Origin: an uncultured Rikenellaceae bacterium
Lineage (GTDB): Bacteria > Bacteroidota > Bacteroidia > Bacteroidales > VadinHA17
Direction of reading: 5' to 3'
Assembly (NCBI GenBank): GCA_964613785.1
Contig: CAZTJT010000010.1
Span: forward strand, 33,567-97,566
Length of the DNA stretch: 64,000 nucleotides
Numbering within the stretch: position 1 is the stretch's first letter; every line of letters starts with the position of its first letter. The notes beneath the pieces were generated by a model. It was not told the DNA's origin, did no database searches, and saw only the letters and a list, made by a program, of their open reading frames with translations. This document shows positions 1-9,622 of this stretch, piece by piece. The position numbers were made by a program, and so were the translations under genes.

Positions 1-429
1 AAGTTCAAAGAACCCGGCGACCATGTAAGGAGGGGCGAAAAGATCTTCACAATTATCAGAAACGGTAAACAAATTGACATTCATTCTCCGATATCTGGCA
101 TTATCAGGGAAAGGAACGTATCACTGATCGAAGATTCATCCGCCATAAATCGCGAACCTTTCGGAGATGGCTGGGTATATCTTATTGAACCGGTAAACTG
201 GGAAAAAGAGATACGATTCATGTTTATGTCAGAAAAATACCAGGAATGGATCAAAGATGAAATTTTAAGACTTAGAGAATTCTTCGGAATAGTCCTCAGA
301 CCCGGCAAACCGGCATATTCACAAGTAATACTCCAGGATGGCGGTGAACTTGTCGATAATGTTCTGTCAGACATGGAACCTGAAGTATGGGAAGAATTTC
401 AGAGAAACTTCATAGATAAGTCAGTTTAA
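1..429 (+). CDS. Glycine-cleavage-H-like (lipoyl-fold) domain protein, 5' end outside window
   Basis: Frame 1 is open from base 1 (KFKEPGDHVRRGEKIFTIIRNGKQIDIHSPISGIIRERN...REPFGDGWVYLIE) and runs into tracked ORF 220..429. It matches the GcvH core pattern P.SG....N....P..GW. The lipoyl-Lys of the ESVKA motif aligns one residue off (IRNGK), so lipoylation is uncertain. Confidence 0.55.
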   Translation, partial: KFKEPGDHVRRGEKIFTIIRNGKQIDIHSPISGIIRERNVSLIEDSSAINREPFGDGWVYLIEPVNWEKEIRFMFMSEKYQEWIKDEILRLREFFGIVLRPGKPAYSQVILQDGGELVDNVLSDMEPEVWEEFQRNFIDKSV

Positions 430-631
430 GAACATAATCTATAAGCTGACTTTAAAGGAAAGTAATTATACCCGTATAATAAAATGTAAATCACACATTT
501 GAATACAAGTCCTTATTGGGTATTAATAATCTACCCTGGATTAATTATCCTTTAGTGGCTGGTCAATCTTTGGAAAAAATGAAAATATTGAATTATATTG
601 TGAAGAAATTAACAATTCAAGATTTAAGCAG

Positions 632-2302
632 ATGTTCCGCCAAGGCAACAAAAAAAGTAAAAACGGAACAAAGATCAAGATACTTGACAGTTATGTAAGA
701 TTCAGGTCTTCCATCTACGGGAGGGTTGTATTTATTATCAGCATCGCCTCAATTTTTCTTTTTATTTCATTCTGGATGATATTCAGGTCGGTTAATGAAA
801 GATACATGAAGTCGATCCTTGAAGAAAACGGCCATAATATCGGATCTCTGGTCGAAGGGGCGCTTTACGAATCGATGCTTAAGAACGACAGGACATCATT
901 GCAAAATACCCTTGATATTATAAACAGAATGACTGGGATCGACGATGTCAATATGTATGATAATGAATACAACCTTGCATATTCTTCAATATCAGGTGAT
1001 GATGGCAGGCACGGAGATCCTGATTGCAAAAGTTGTCATGCAGATATGATATCAATGTTTCCAAAAAAGGAAAAGGCATATAAGATCATTGAAGAAGACA
1101 GTGAATGTAAAATGAGCCAGAACAGGCTTAATGGCAGGCATCTGCTTATAAGCTCTCCAATACTCAATGCCCCTTCATGCTACACAGGCAGTTGTCATGC
1201 ACATAATCAGAACGAGGAAGTTCTGGGTTCTCTGTTAATAAAGCTTCCTTTGAAAGGCATTGACGATTCCCTTAACAGATCAAGGAAGAACTATTTCATT
1301 GTAGCGTCGGTGATGACATCATTACTTCTGCTGATCCTTGTGGTATTTACAAGTGAAAAGATAAAGAAACCTCTTAACTCAATAATTAAGGCCAGTGAAG
1401 CTGTTTCAATGGGAGATAACAGCACCAGGCTTGAAGTAAAACCTAATCAACTTTCCGACATGCGTATGGTTTCAGTCGCATTCAATCATATGCTGGACAG
1501 TCTCCAGAAAGCGACGACAGAGCTCCAAAATTGGTCACAACAGCTTGAGTATAAGGTACAAAAAAAGTCAGAGGAACTTGGTCATGCCCAGAATGAGCTG
1601 ATGAATATTGAAAGGATTGCTTCACTGGGACGACTTTCTCTGTCTGTTGCACATGAGATAAACAATCCATTGTCAGGAATCCTTATTTATGCCAAGCTTA
1701 TCCAAAAACAGCTTCAGAACCAGGATCTTGCGGAAGAAAAAAAGGCATCGTTGCTAAAGCATTTGAGGTTAATAGAAAGCGAAGCCAAAAGGTGCGGAGA
1801 TATTGTCAAGGGACTCCTTGATTTTTCGCGCAAGGATCAGAATGATTTCGAGCCAAGAAACATTAATGACGTGCTGATAGAAGCCTATGATCTTATGACG
1901 CACCCGATGAAAGTGGCAAATATAAGTTTTTTGCTTAGTCTTTCAGCAAAAAATGACATGGTATATTGTAGTCCCAACCAGATCAAACAGATATGTGTAG
2001 CATTGCTGGTTAATGCGATCGAGGCGATCAGAGAAAACGGTGAGGTTATTTTAAGCACAGTTAATCCTGATGATCTTCATATCCGAATTGATGTTACAGA
2101 CAATGGTATAGGGATTTCGGATGATGATCTCCCTCATATTTTCGAACCATTTTATACTACGAAGGACAAAGGCAACGGCATAGGTCTGGGGTTGTCAATA
2201 GTGCATGGTATTGTTCAAAATCACAAAGGGAAAACTGAGGTCAGGTCAGAGAAGGGCAAAGGAACAACCATATCAGTTATCCTGCCAATAATTAACAGTT
2301 AA
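632..2302 (+). CDS. Membrane sensor histidine kinase with extracytoplasmic CXXCH / CX4CH motifs
   Basis: 556 aa. TM1 is VVFIISIASIFLFISFWMIF, followed by an extracytoplasmic stretch of about 170 aa carrying CKSCH and CYTGSCH, then TM2 (FIVASVMTSLLLLILVVF) and a HAMP-like linker. H-box SVAHEINNPLSG and ATPase G-boxes DNGIGI and GIGLGLS are present. Confidence 0.9.
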   Translation: MFRQGNKKSKNGTKIKILDSYVRFRSSIYGRVVFIISIASIFLFISFWMIFRSVNERYMKSILEENGHNIGSLVEGALYESMLKNDRTSLQNTLDIINRMTGIDDVNMYDNEYNLAYSSISGDDGRHGDPDCKSCHADMISMFPKKEKAYKIIEEDSECKMSQNRLNGRHLLISSPILNAPSCYTGSCHAHNQNEEVLGSLLIKLPLKGIDDSLNRSRKNYFIVASVMTSLLLLILVVFTSEKIKKPLNSIIKASEAVSMGDNSTRLEVKPNQLSDMRMVSVAFNHMLDSLQKATTELQNWSQQLEYKVQKKSEELGHAQNELMNIERIASLGRLSLSVAHEINNPLSGILIYAKLIQKQLQNQDLAEEKKASLLKHLRLIESEAKRCGDIVKGLLDFSRKDQNDFEPRNINDVLIEAYDLMTHPMKVANISFLLSLSAKNDMVYCSPNQIKQICVALLVNAIEAIRENGEVILSTVNPDDLHIRIDVTDNGIGISDDDLPHIFEPFYTTKDKGNGIGLGLSIVHGIVQNHKGKTEVRSEKGKGTTISVILPIINS

Positions 2303-2313
2303 AGTATTTAGCC

Positions 2314-3651
2314 ATGAATCACAGGATATCAATACTTATTGTTGATGACGAATTATCAGTAAGGGACTCGCTTTACAATTGGTTTATTGAGGACGGATAT
2401 GTAGTCGAATGTGCCGAAGATGCAAAAAAAGCTTTATCAATCCTGGAATCGCAGGATTTTGACATTATTCTGGCCGATATAAAGATGCCGGGAATGGATG
2501 GAATGGAAATGCTCAGGCGTATCAAAGCGATAAAAAAGGAAACTGTTGTTATCATGATGACCGCCTTTGCAACTGTAGATACTGCAGTGCAGGCCCTTAA
2601 AGAAGGTGCTTTCGATTATGTCACGAAACCTTTTGATCCTGATGATCTCACTCATCTTATCAGAAATGCTGCAAAACAAATATCCCTCTCCAAGGAGAAC
2701 CAGTTCCTTAAGGATCGTGTCACAATTCTTGAGAATGTGGATAATCTGATAGGCAACAGTGAAGCAATGAAAAGGATACTTAAAGATATAGAGAGCGTTG
2801 CACAGTCGAATGCTTCCGTTATTATTACGGGTGAAAGCGGAACAGGTAAGGAGCTTGTTGCAAGGGCCATTCATGCTAATTCACCACGCAGGTTCTTCCC
2901 GATGGTCACTGTTCATTGTGGGGCTTTGACAGAAAGCTTGCTGGAAAGCGAACTATTCGGGCACGAAAAGGGTTCCTTTACTGGTGCCCTTTACAATAGA
3001 AAAGGAAGGTTTGAAATGGCTGATAATGGCACAATATTCCTTGATGAAATTGCGACTATATCTGCAAAAATGCAGGTTGAACTTCTGCGGGTGCTTGAAA
3101 CTAAAACTATTGTTCGTGTAGGAGGCTCTAAAGAGATCAGGTCAGATTTTAGAGTAATATGCGCAACAAACAGGGATCTTAAAAACATGGTTGACAAAGG
3201 ACTATTCAGAGAAGATCTGTACTATAGGCTTAATGTTGTAAATATTTATTTACCTCCTCTGCGTGAGAGAATTGAGGATATCCCGGTTCTTGCAGAATAC
3301 TTTGCCGGGAAGTATTGCGCCGCTATGGGAAAACCTCCGGTCATTTTTGATCATGCTGCCCTTAAAAAGCTTGAAGAATTTCCTTTCCCCGGGAACATCC
3401 GGGAGCTGGAGAACATGATAGAAAGAGCAATAGTTGTCGGAAATGGCAAAAGAATACAGGTAAAAGACCTCCCTATTGGTGCTGCAACCGGAAATTCTTC
3501 AATTGAAAGCCTCGATGAAGTTGAGAAAAATCATATTAACACTATTCTTGATAAATACAAGTGGAATATTTCCGCTGCTGCCAAAGCATTAAAGGTTGAC
3601 AGAGTAACACTATACAACAAGATAAAAAAATATGGTCTGACCCAGAATTGA
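2314..3651 (+). CDS. Sigma-54-dependent two-component response regulator (NtrC/AtoC family)
   Basis: 445 aa. Receiver domain (ILADIKMPGMDG), AAA+ activator core (Walker A GESGTGKE, GSFTGA variant of GAFTGA, ESELFGHEKG) and a C-terminal Fis-type HTH (AAKALKVDRVTLYNKIKKYGL). It starts 11 nt after the kinase stop. Confidence 0.93.
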   Translation: MNHRISILIVDDELSVRDSLYNWFIEDGYVVECAEDAKKALSILESQDFDIILADIKMPGMDGMEMLRRIKAIKKETVVIMMTAFATVDTAVQALKEGAFDYVTKPFDPDDLTHLIRNAAKQISLSKENQFLKDRVTILENVDNLIGNSEAMKRILKDIESVAQSNASVIITGESGTGKELVARAIHANSPRRFFPMVTVHCGALTESLLESELFGHEKGSFTGALYNRKGRFEMADNGTIFLDEIATISAKMQVELLRVLETKTIVRVGGSKEIRSDFRVICATNRDLKNMVDKGLFREDLYYRLNVVNIYLPPLRERIEDIPVLAEYFAGKYCAAMGKPPVIFDHAALKKLEEFPFPGNIRELENMIERAIVVGNGKRIQVKDLPIGAATGNSSIESLDEVEKNHINTILDKYKWNISAAAKALKVDRVTLYNKIKKYGLTQN

Positions 3652-3700
3652 CTATTGTGTATCAAATAATTGTTCAATAAATGTCACCTATGCCCTATTA

Positions 3701-4258
3701 ATGCTCCAAAGAAGCAGGCCAATGTATTATGAAAAAATAAAAATTATTTCATTTGGACTTGTGAGCCATGATATTTTGAGATCTGTTTCCAATGAAGTAT
3801 TAAATAAGTTTTCTCTGCCGGTTGTGACCAGTCATGAACATCTCGATCTGAGTGATTATTATGACCCTTCAAGGAGACAGTATAACGGCAATTTTCTCCT
3901 GCAAAAAATAGAAAATGATTATGCTGCAGATACATGCAAAACTTTAGGCCTGTTTGCAGTCGATCTTTTCATCCCTATTATGACATATATTTTCGGACAG
4001 GCATACCTTAACGGCCGATCCGGAATAGCATCCCTTTACAGACTAAACAATGAACTATACGGGATCGTCGGGGATAAGGCTATTATTACACAGAGATTCA
4101 GCAAAGAGGTCATACATGAACTCGGACACATGTATGGTTTAATTCATTGCAGTGATCCCGGTTGTGTTATGAAAGCCAGCACATATGTAGAAGATATTGA
4201 TCTGAAAGAATCTGACTTTTGCAGATCGTGCAGAAGAGTTCTTGATACCAGGGTATAA
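3701..4258 (+). CDS. Archaemetzincin-like zinc metalloprotease (peptidase M54 type)
   Basis: C-terminal HELGHMYGLIHCSDPGCVM...CRSC gives the HEXXHXXGX3CX4CXM...CXXC arrangement typical of archaemetzincins. The true start may be the second Met at 3722 (MYYEKIKIISFG). Confidence 0.8.
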   Translation: MLQRSRPMYYEKIKIISFGLVSHDILRSVSNEVLNKFSLPVVTSHEHLDLSDYYDPSRRQYNGNFLLQKIENDYAADTCKTLGLFAVDLFIPIMTYIFGQAYLNGRSGIASLYRLNNELYGIVGDKAIITQRFSKEVIHELGHMYGLIHCSDPGCVMKASTYVEDIDLKESDFCRSCRRVLDTRV

Positions 4259-4305
4259 AGGGTCCGGTTAAATTTTTACTTGGATAATTTTATAAAGCTA
4301 ACCTT

Positions 4306-4953
4306 CTAACTATTGTCAGCAATCGATTTCATCGCAGGATATGTCCTGATGGTAAAACTCCACAGAAATCTGTTAAAAAATCTACAATAGAATATCAGTT
4401 TAAGCTTCCGGGCATTTAGTTTTTCCTTAAATTTTATTGCAGGTGAATTAAAATACTCACTTGCACTATACAACACATCCCTACCCATATCCCTCAATAA
4501 TTCATAACTTTTATATCTCAGGTAAGGGGCCAGGTTTCTGCCCCTGTATGAATCAATTGTATGCATGGCGGCGAGCCAGGCTTCATTATTTTTAAGTTTC
4601 CGGTATGTTGATCCATAGGTGAACTCGTCACAACCTATCCACATTAAAGATACGACCCTGTCATTGTGTTTTAATCCTATACATATCTCTCCTTTTTCTA
4701 AAACTTCTATTTTCCGCTGAGCATTAAAGTCCTTTATTGTTAAATCCAGAGTATGCATATCATCAGCTCCCAGAAGCTCACAACGGTATTCAGACAGATT
4801 TCCCTTTATTTCAGGTTCTCTGGCTCCTTTAAGGCCCTCCAAGAATAGAAAATAGGGTTTAAACTCTATTCCTATTCTGCTTAATATCGATGTAAAGGAG
4901 AGCATGAATAAGCCATTGCGTAACTTAAACATAGTCCTATTCAATAATGACAT
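4306..4953 (-). CDS. Hypothetical protein, possible GNAT-type acetyltransferase
   Basis: 215-aa ORF. The only family hint is IDSYRGRNLAPYL, which resembles GNAT motif A (R-x-x-G-x-G/A, imperfect here). No other recognisable motif. Confidence 0.45.
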   Translation of the reverse strand: MSLLNRTMFKLRNGLFMLSFTSILSRIGIEFKPYFLFLEGLKGAREPEIKGNLSEYRCELLGADDMHTLDLTIKDFNAQRKIEVLEKGEICIGLKHNDRVVSLMWIGCDEFTYGSTYRKLKNNEAWLAAMHTIDSYRGRNLAPYLRYKSYELLRDMGRDVLYSASEYFNSPAIKFKEKLNARKLKLIFYCRFFNRFLWSFTIRTYPAMKSIADNS

Positions 4954-5188
4954 CTTATTATACTTTTCGATATGGGTTAATAAAATCTCTTACTAAAATA
5001 ATATAACTTAATTATTTAATGGGAAACAGTTTAATTCGAACATCCATGATTCGAAACATTCTCATCATGCTATAAATTAATTTTGACAGTATGATGAAAT
5101 CTCCATGTTGCTTATTACTATATTATTGTGTTCGCCTGATAATAGATTAAGGTTTCATTATCTACTATGTTTTTGCCACAAAAAGGTT

Positions 5189-6064
5189 TCATATCGTTAC
5201 CGGAGTACGTCCATATAAACCATTTCCAGGCTGAAGCTGCATAAGCTTTCTGAACTTTTCTGAGGTCATTACCTTCCTTCCATTTGCTTCTGCAAGAACG
5301 TGGATCCTTTTAATAAGATCGATGTTTCGGGCCAAAGCTGTTCTTGAAGCATCGTACCAGATGTTATCTTCCAGGCCTACCCTGACTCCTCCTCCAATTG
5401 CTATAGCCACGGAGTTTATTTTCAACTGATTGTCGCCAATACCGGCAAGACTCCAGAACGAGTTTTCAGGCAGATCTCTAATCATTAATCCTGCGTAAAG
5501 GATATCGGCCTGAGCACAGGCAATATTTCCGAGTAAAATATTAAAATAGAATGGAGGATATATTAGTTCTTTCTTTTTCAGGTATTTTGCATAGTTTATC
5601 ATTCCGGCATCAAATGCTTCAAGTTCGGGAACAATTCCCTTTTCTTTCATTTTTATAGCCAGTTTCTGGATCATTTCAGGAGAATTAACACTGGCGATCT
5701 GATTAAAATTAAGTGAGCTAAGTGTAAGGCTTCCCATGTCAGGTTTTAAAACACCCTCCAGATCCAGAACATCAGATCTTTCTTCAAACTTACTGAATGT
5801 CCTTCCGCTGAGCGATACACACAAAACCAGATTTGGTGCATATTTTCTAATGCCTTCTATAATTGCTCCGTATATTTCTTTCTTGTATGTAGGAATCTCA
5901 CTTTGTGGATCCCGTGCATGTAGATGTACTTTTGTTACTCCAAGTTCCCAGGCTGCAAGAACATCATCAATTATTTCATTAATGCTCAGTGGAACATAAG
6001 GCGTCATGCTCCTCGTTGGTATCATGCCAGTAGGAGTAAAATCTATTATCAGATCTTCATCCAT
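5189..6064 (-). CDS. Beta-keto acid cleavage enzyme family protein (BKACE / DUF849, 3-keto-5-aminohexanoate cleavage enzyme-like)
   Basis: 291 aa. The N-terminus (IIDFTPTGMIPT...VTKVHLHARD) and overall TIM-barrel-like pattern are typical of DUF849/Kce family proteins. No lysine-fermentation neighbours, so the substrate is unknown. Confidence 0.8.
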   Translation of the reverse strand: MDEDLIIDFTPTGMIPTRSMTPYVPLSINEIIDDVLAAWELGVTKVHLHARDPQSEIPTYKKEIYGAIIEGIRKYAPNLVLCVSLSGRTFSKFEERSDVLDLEGVLKPDMGSLTLSSLNFNQIASVNSPEMIQKLAIKMKEKGIVPELEAFDAGMINYAKYLKKKELIYPPFYFNILLGNIACAQADILYAGLMIRDLPENSFWSLAGIGDNQLKINSVAIAIGGGVRVGLEDNIWYDASRTALARNIDLIKRIHVLAEANGRKVMTSEKFRKLMQLQPGNGLYGRTPVTI

Positions 6065-6272
6065 ATAATTTACTTAATACTGCATCTGAAAAATAAACAT
6101 TTTTTACGAATCAGGTAATTGCATAGAAGAAATTATGCCCTGATGGATAAGAAACAGCATTTCGGAGCAAGCCAAACAAGTATTTGAAATACTTAGAAAT
6201 TATAGAATAACCAAAGATCTTCAGCGATACAAAAAACAGCTCAAACTTAGATAAACAATGGGATTAGAAGAC

Positions 6273-6845
6273 CTATTCAAGATCGTAGTTCCTGAACTTA
6301 CGCATATAGTCGCGAATAGAAGTTCCAAGAGCATCTTTGCTGTTCATCTTACCACCCGAACTGAGAAATCGTTTTGTTGATCCTGCCCCGCCAAGGTGGG
6401 CAGCAGCTATAAGTCCCGACCTGGTAACAACGACACCGTTGATAGTATCTCCTATAAAATGATCATAATCCTTTAAAAGGGCCAGATTCACTTTAATCAG
6501 AGATTCAAGTGCTTTCTGCTGCATCTCCCGGGGGAAAATAGCCGGATTCTGCCTGAATTTCTGTAAAGTTATTTGTCTGAATCCCAGACAATGCAATGTT
6601 GATTCGGCGAACTGCCACTCTCCGAAACATCCTATGCGGTTTATGCACAGCCAGTTATTCAGAGATTCATTATGTCCAAGGTCATTCATAAACCTGATAA
6701 ATTCCAGTTCATAGTACTGCCTTTCTATATAGTCCAGTGCCTGCCTTATCCTGGCGAATTTAATCTGAAATTCGATTGTAGGAGACATCACCACCTGTGA
6801 GCTGAACAACAAAATATTAAATAATAACAATGTCCTGATTTTCAT
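6273..6845 (-). CDS. Secreted lysozyme-like / lytic transglycosylase (SLT)-like protein
   Basis: GHNES...GCFGEWQF resembles the SLT catalytic E-S...G-x-x-Q motif. I use the start at the ATG at 6845 (MKIRTLLLFNILLFSSQVVMS, a signal peptide) rather than the tracked 6920. Confidence 0.55.
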   Translation of the reverse strand: MKIRTLLLFNILLFSSQVVMSPTIEFQIKFARIRQALDYIERQYYELEFIRFMNDLGHNESLNNWLCINRIGCFGEWQFAESTLHCLGFRQITLQKFRQNPAIFPREMQQKALESLIKVNLALLKDYDHFIGDTINGVVVTRSGLIAAAHLGGAGSTKRFLSSGGKMNSKDALGTSIRDYMRKFRNYDLE

Positions 6846-7237
6846 TGCAAGTAATTTAAAATTATTTACCTGTTCAGTAACATGGTAAAAATACAGATAA
6901 AACATATCGTGGCAGGACATTTAATTTACACTTAATGAGTAATTTAAGTGCATAATTTAATTGCTCGTCAACATTAATGATTTACTCACCGGTCAGTCAG
7001 ATGCATTGATAAATCATGAACTTGATTTAGTCAAAAACCCCGGGAATTTTGCAGGAGAAATTGCGATTTCACACAGATTTAAGTAGAAGCCCTCTTTTAA
7101 TATATTGATTTAATGCAGGATACAAATGTTTTAAAAATTGATTTTTAACAAATTCACAGATCAATCATTTTGACAAACACTCAATTTGTTTTGATCAAAG
7201 AATGACAATAAAGAATTTAAAACCTTAGTCAGAAGTA

Positions 7238-9187
7238 TTACTTCATATAAACGACAGCTGCAAATCCGCCGTTTATAGCCAGATTTATTTTAATAATCTG
7301 CCCCGATTTAACTTTCCTCGAGGTTGTTATAACTTCAGAGGGACATCTGTCAGATTTTTTCGAATCAGCCCACGATTCCATTGTATATTCACCCATTTCC
7401 AGAAAATCAAGATTGAGATTAACAGTCTTAGCAACGCTGTTATTAAGAATACCCACAAACCATTTTTTGCCGTTTCTTCTTGCAATAGCAACATAATCAC
7501 CAGGATAACCACCGAGGAATTTAATATCATCCCACACAGATGGGACAATTCTGAGAAAATCCGCTCCTGGTTTGTTCAGGATATTGTCGGGATGATCACA
7601 AACTACTGTAAGAGGACTTTCATAAATAACAAATTTTGAAAGTTCCGCAGCCCTTGTATTCCAGACAACTGTCGGTGTCTGGTTTCTGAATTCTTCTCTT
7701 GTTACATTCAGAAAGGCACCCGGCGTATAATCCATCTGTCCGGCAAGCATACGAGTAAATGCCAGTTTTACATTATGTTCAGGATTCATTTTGTCGGAGA
7801 ATTTATAGTATTCATTGCCCATTACTCCTTCCCTTGTAATCATATTCGGGTAGGTACGGATTATTCCGTCAGGTTTGTAAGCCCCATGAAAATCAACTAA
7901 CAACTGGTTTTCCGCAGCATATTTTATTATTTCATGATACCAGTTCACCATATACTGGTCATCGCGGTCCATAAAGTCAATCTTCACCCCGGCAATGCCC
8001 CATTTACGATATAATGGAAATGCTTCTTTATAGGCACTGTTTCTGTTTACGTCTGAAGAATAGAGCCAGAGAATGATCTTTACATTTTTCCCTGCAGCAT
8101 AGCTAACAATTTCAGGAATGCTTATCTGAGGAGCCCATTTTGTAATATCGGCTTCAGGAGTATTAAATTTCCCATACCACTGCCAGTCAACAAGCATATA
8201 TGGCCAACCCATTGAGGATGCCAGATCAATATATTGTTTTATCACAGCCATTTCCATTTTTACATCTCCACTCCACCAATGGTCCCAGGCACACAAACCG
8301 GGTTTAATCCATGATACATCATGTAATGCACACGGATCGTTTAGATTTTGAATTATTTCAGACTCAATAAGTTTTCCCGGATTATCTGCTATCATAACAA
8401 CCCGCCAGGGTGTGGTGACCTCATCACCAAATCTTACTTTAACTCCTGTTTCCGGCTCGCCCGGTAATGGGACAAGCTTTGTCGCCAGCCTGTTTATATT
8501 CCCATCTGTCCCTAAGTAAAAAGCTGAGTAATTCCTGATCTTCGCTTCGGTTATCGCAACCCAGCAGTTATTATCATACTCCATAACCAAAGGCATTCCT
8601 GCAATAGTTTCTTCAGAAATATAACTTAATGGATGCTCAAAGAATTCAGCTTCATTTGATGAATAATAACCTCCGTACTCCACAATCCATGCCTTGGGAT
8701 CACCAGGAATCGCAAAGGTTGTTAGTTCTTTGGTTATTTCCCTGTCACCAATTACTGAACCTCTTAAGAGCTTATATTGAAATGCTATCCCATCATTGTA
8801 TGCTCTGAAGAACAGTTCCATTTTTCGAAGGGTACCAGAATTCTCCCTCAGGAACAGATGCAGTTCATTATAATTATCAACAATTTCTGAATGTTTTGAT
8901 CGTACAACAGGATTCCATCGTTCATTGACAGATCTGAATGATTGATCAGTTATTGTAAAATTGCCGGACATAGGTTCTTCACCCCTGAATTCAAATCCCA
9001 GATCTGATTCGTCTACAATGGTTCTGCCTTTATAGATTACGGACCATTTAATCCTGTCATTATTTTCAATCCGGACACTGATATTCTTATCAGGGGATTC
9101 AAGCTTTATCTCTCCTGCACTGACCTTCAGACACAGCAGAGGATAAATCAATATTATCACAGCTTTGATGGATCTGATCATTTTCAT
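7238..9187 (-). CDS. Glycoside hydrolase family 97 (alpha-glucosidase/alpha-galactosidase, SusB-like)
   Basis: 649 aa with a signal peptide. GH97-typical stretches are MLVDWQWYG, GVKIDFMDRDDQ and TREGVMGNEY. Confidence 0.85.
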   Translation of the reverse strand: MKMIRSIKAVIILIYPLLCLKVSAGEIKLESPDKNISVRIENNDRIKWSVIYKGRTIVDESDLGFEFRGEEPMSGNFTITDQSFRSVNERWNPVVRSKHSEIVDNYNELHLFLRENSGTLRKMELFFRAYNDGIAFQYKLLRGSVIGDREITKELTTFAIPGDPKAWIVEYGGYYSSNEAEFFEHPLSYISEETIAGMPLVMEYDNNCWVAITEAKIRNYSAFYLGTDGNINRLATKLVPLPGEPETGVKVRFGDEVTTPWRVVMIADNPGKLIESEIIQNLNDPCALHDVSWIKPGLCAWDHWWSGDVKMEMAVIKQYIDLASSMGWPYMLVDWQWYGKFNTPEADITKWAPQISIPEIVSYAAGKNVKIILWLYSSDVNRNSAYKEAFPLYRKWGIAGVKIDFMDRDDQYMVNWYHEIIKYAAENQLLVDFHGAYKPDGIIRTYPNMITREGVMGNEYYKFSDKMNPEHNVKLAFTRMLAGQMDYTPGAFLNVTREEFRNQTPTVVWNTRAAELSKFVIYESPLTVVCDHPDNILNKPGADFLRIVPSVWDDIKFLGGYPGDYVAIARRNGKKWFVGILNNSVAKTVNLNLDFLEMGEYTMESWADSKKSDRCPSEVITTSRKVKSGQIIKINLAINGGFAAVVYMK

Positions 9188-9199
9188 GTTTAAATTTTT

Positions 9200-9622
9200 T
9201 TAAGGCTGAGTTGAAAGATATTCAAGCACGATTTCCTTTAAAATATTTGCAAATTTAACACCGTGAATCTCTTCCCTGCTAAAATACCTGGCAGTATCTC
9301 CTTCAAGAAGAGTGATTTCCTCTATAGGCACATTTATTCTCCCTGAGTAGATAAATTTTATGTTAGGATATGCATCACCATTGAGACATTGGTATCGCTT
9401 AAAGAAGGTAAAATCATTTAAATCCAGTCCTAATTCTTCCTTCACTTCTCTGACCAGTGCTTTCTCCGGCGTTTCTCCATCTTCAACATGCCCGCCAATC
9501 AAATCCCAGTGACCAGGGAAAGGGATATCAGGTTTATTATCTCGTTTATAAAGCAGTAATTCGCCTTTATCATTCTTCAGGATTATTGCAGCTATTTTAG
9601 GCAAATTTTCGTATGGAATCAT
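9200..9622 (-). CDS. NUDIX hydrolase
   Basis: Complete Nudix box GGHVEDGETPEKALVREVKEELGL (GX5EX7REUXEEXGU). Overlaps the stop of the upstream lyase gene by 4 nt. Confidence 0.85.
   Translation of the reverse strand: MIPYENLPKIAAIILKNDKGELLLYKRDNKPDIPFPGHWDLIGGHVEDGETPEKALVREVKEELGLDLNDFTFFKRYQCLNGDAYPNIKFIYSGRINVPIEEITLLEGDTARYFSREEIHGVKFANILKEIVLEYLSTQP

Noticed and set aside
516-698. 60-aa ORF overlapping the start of the sensor kinase
   Set aside because: It begins at a non-ATG codon, overlaps the kinase start in another frame and has no features. It is probably spurious.
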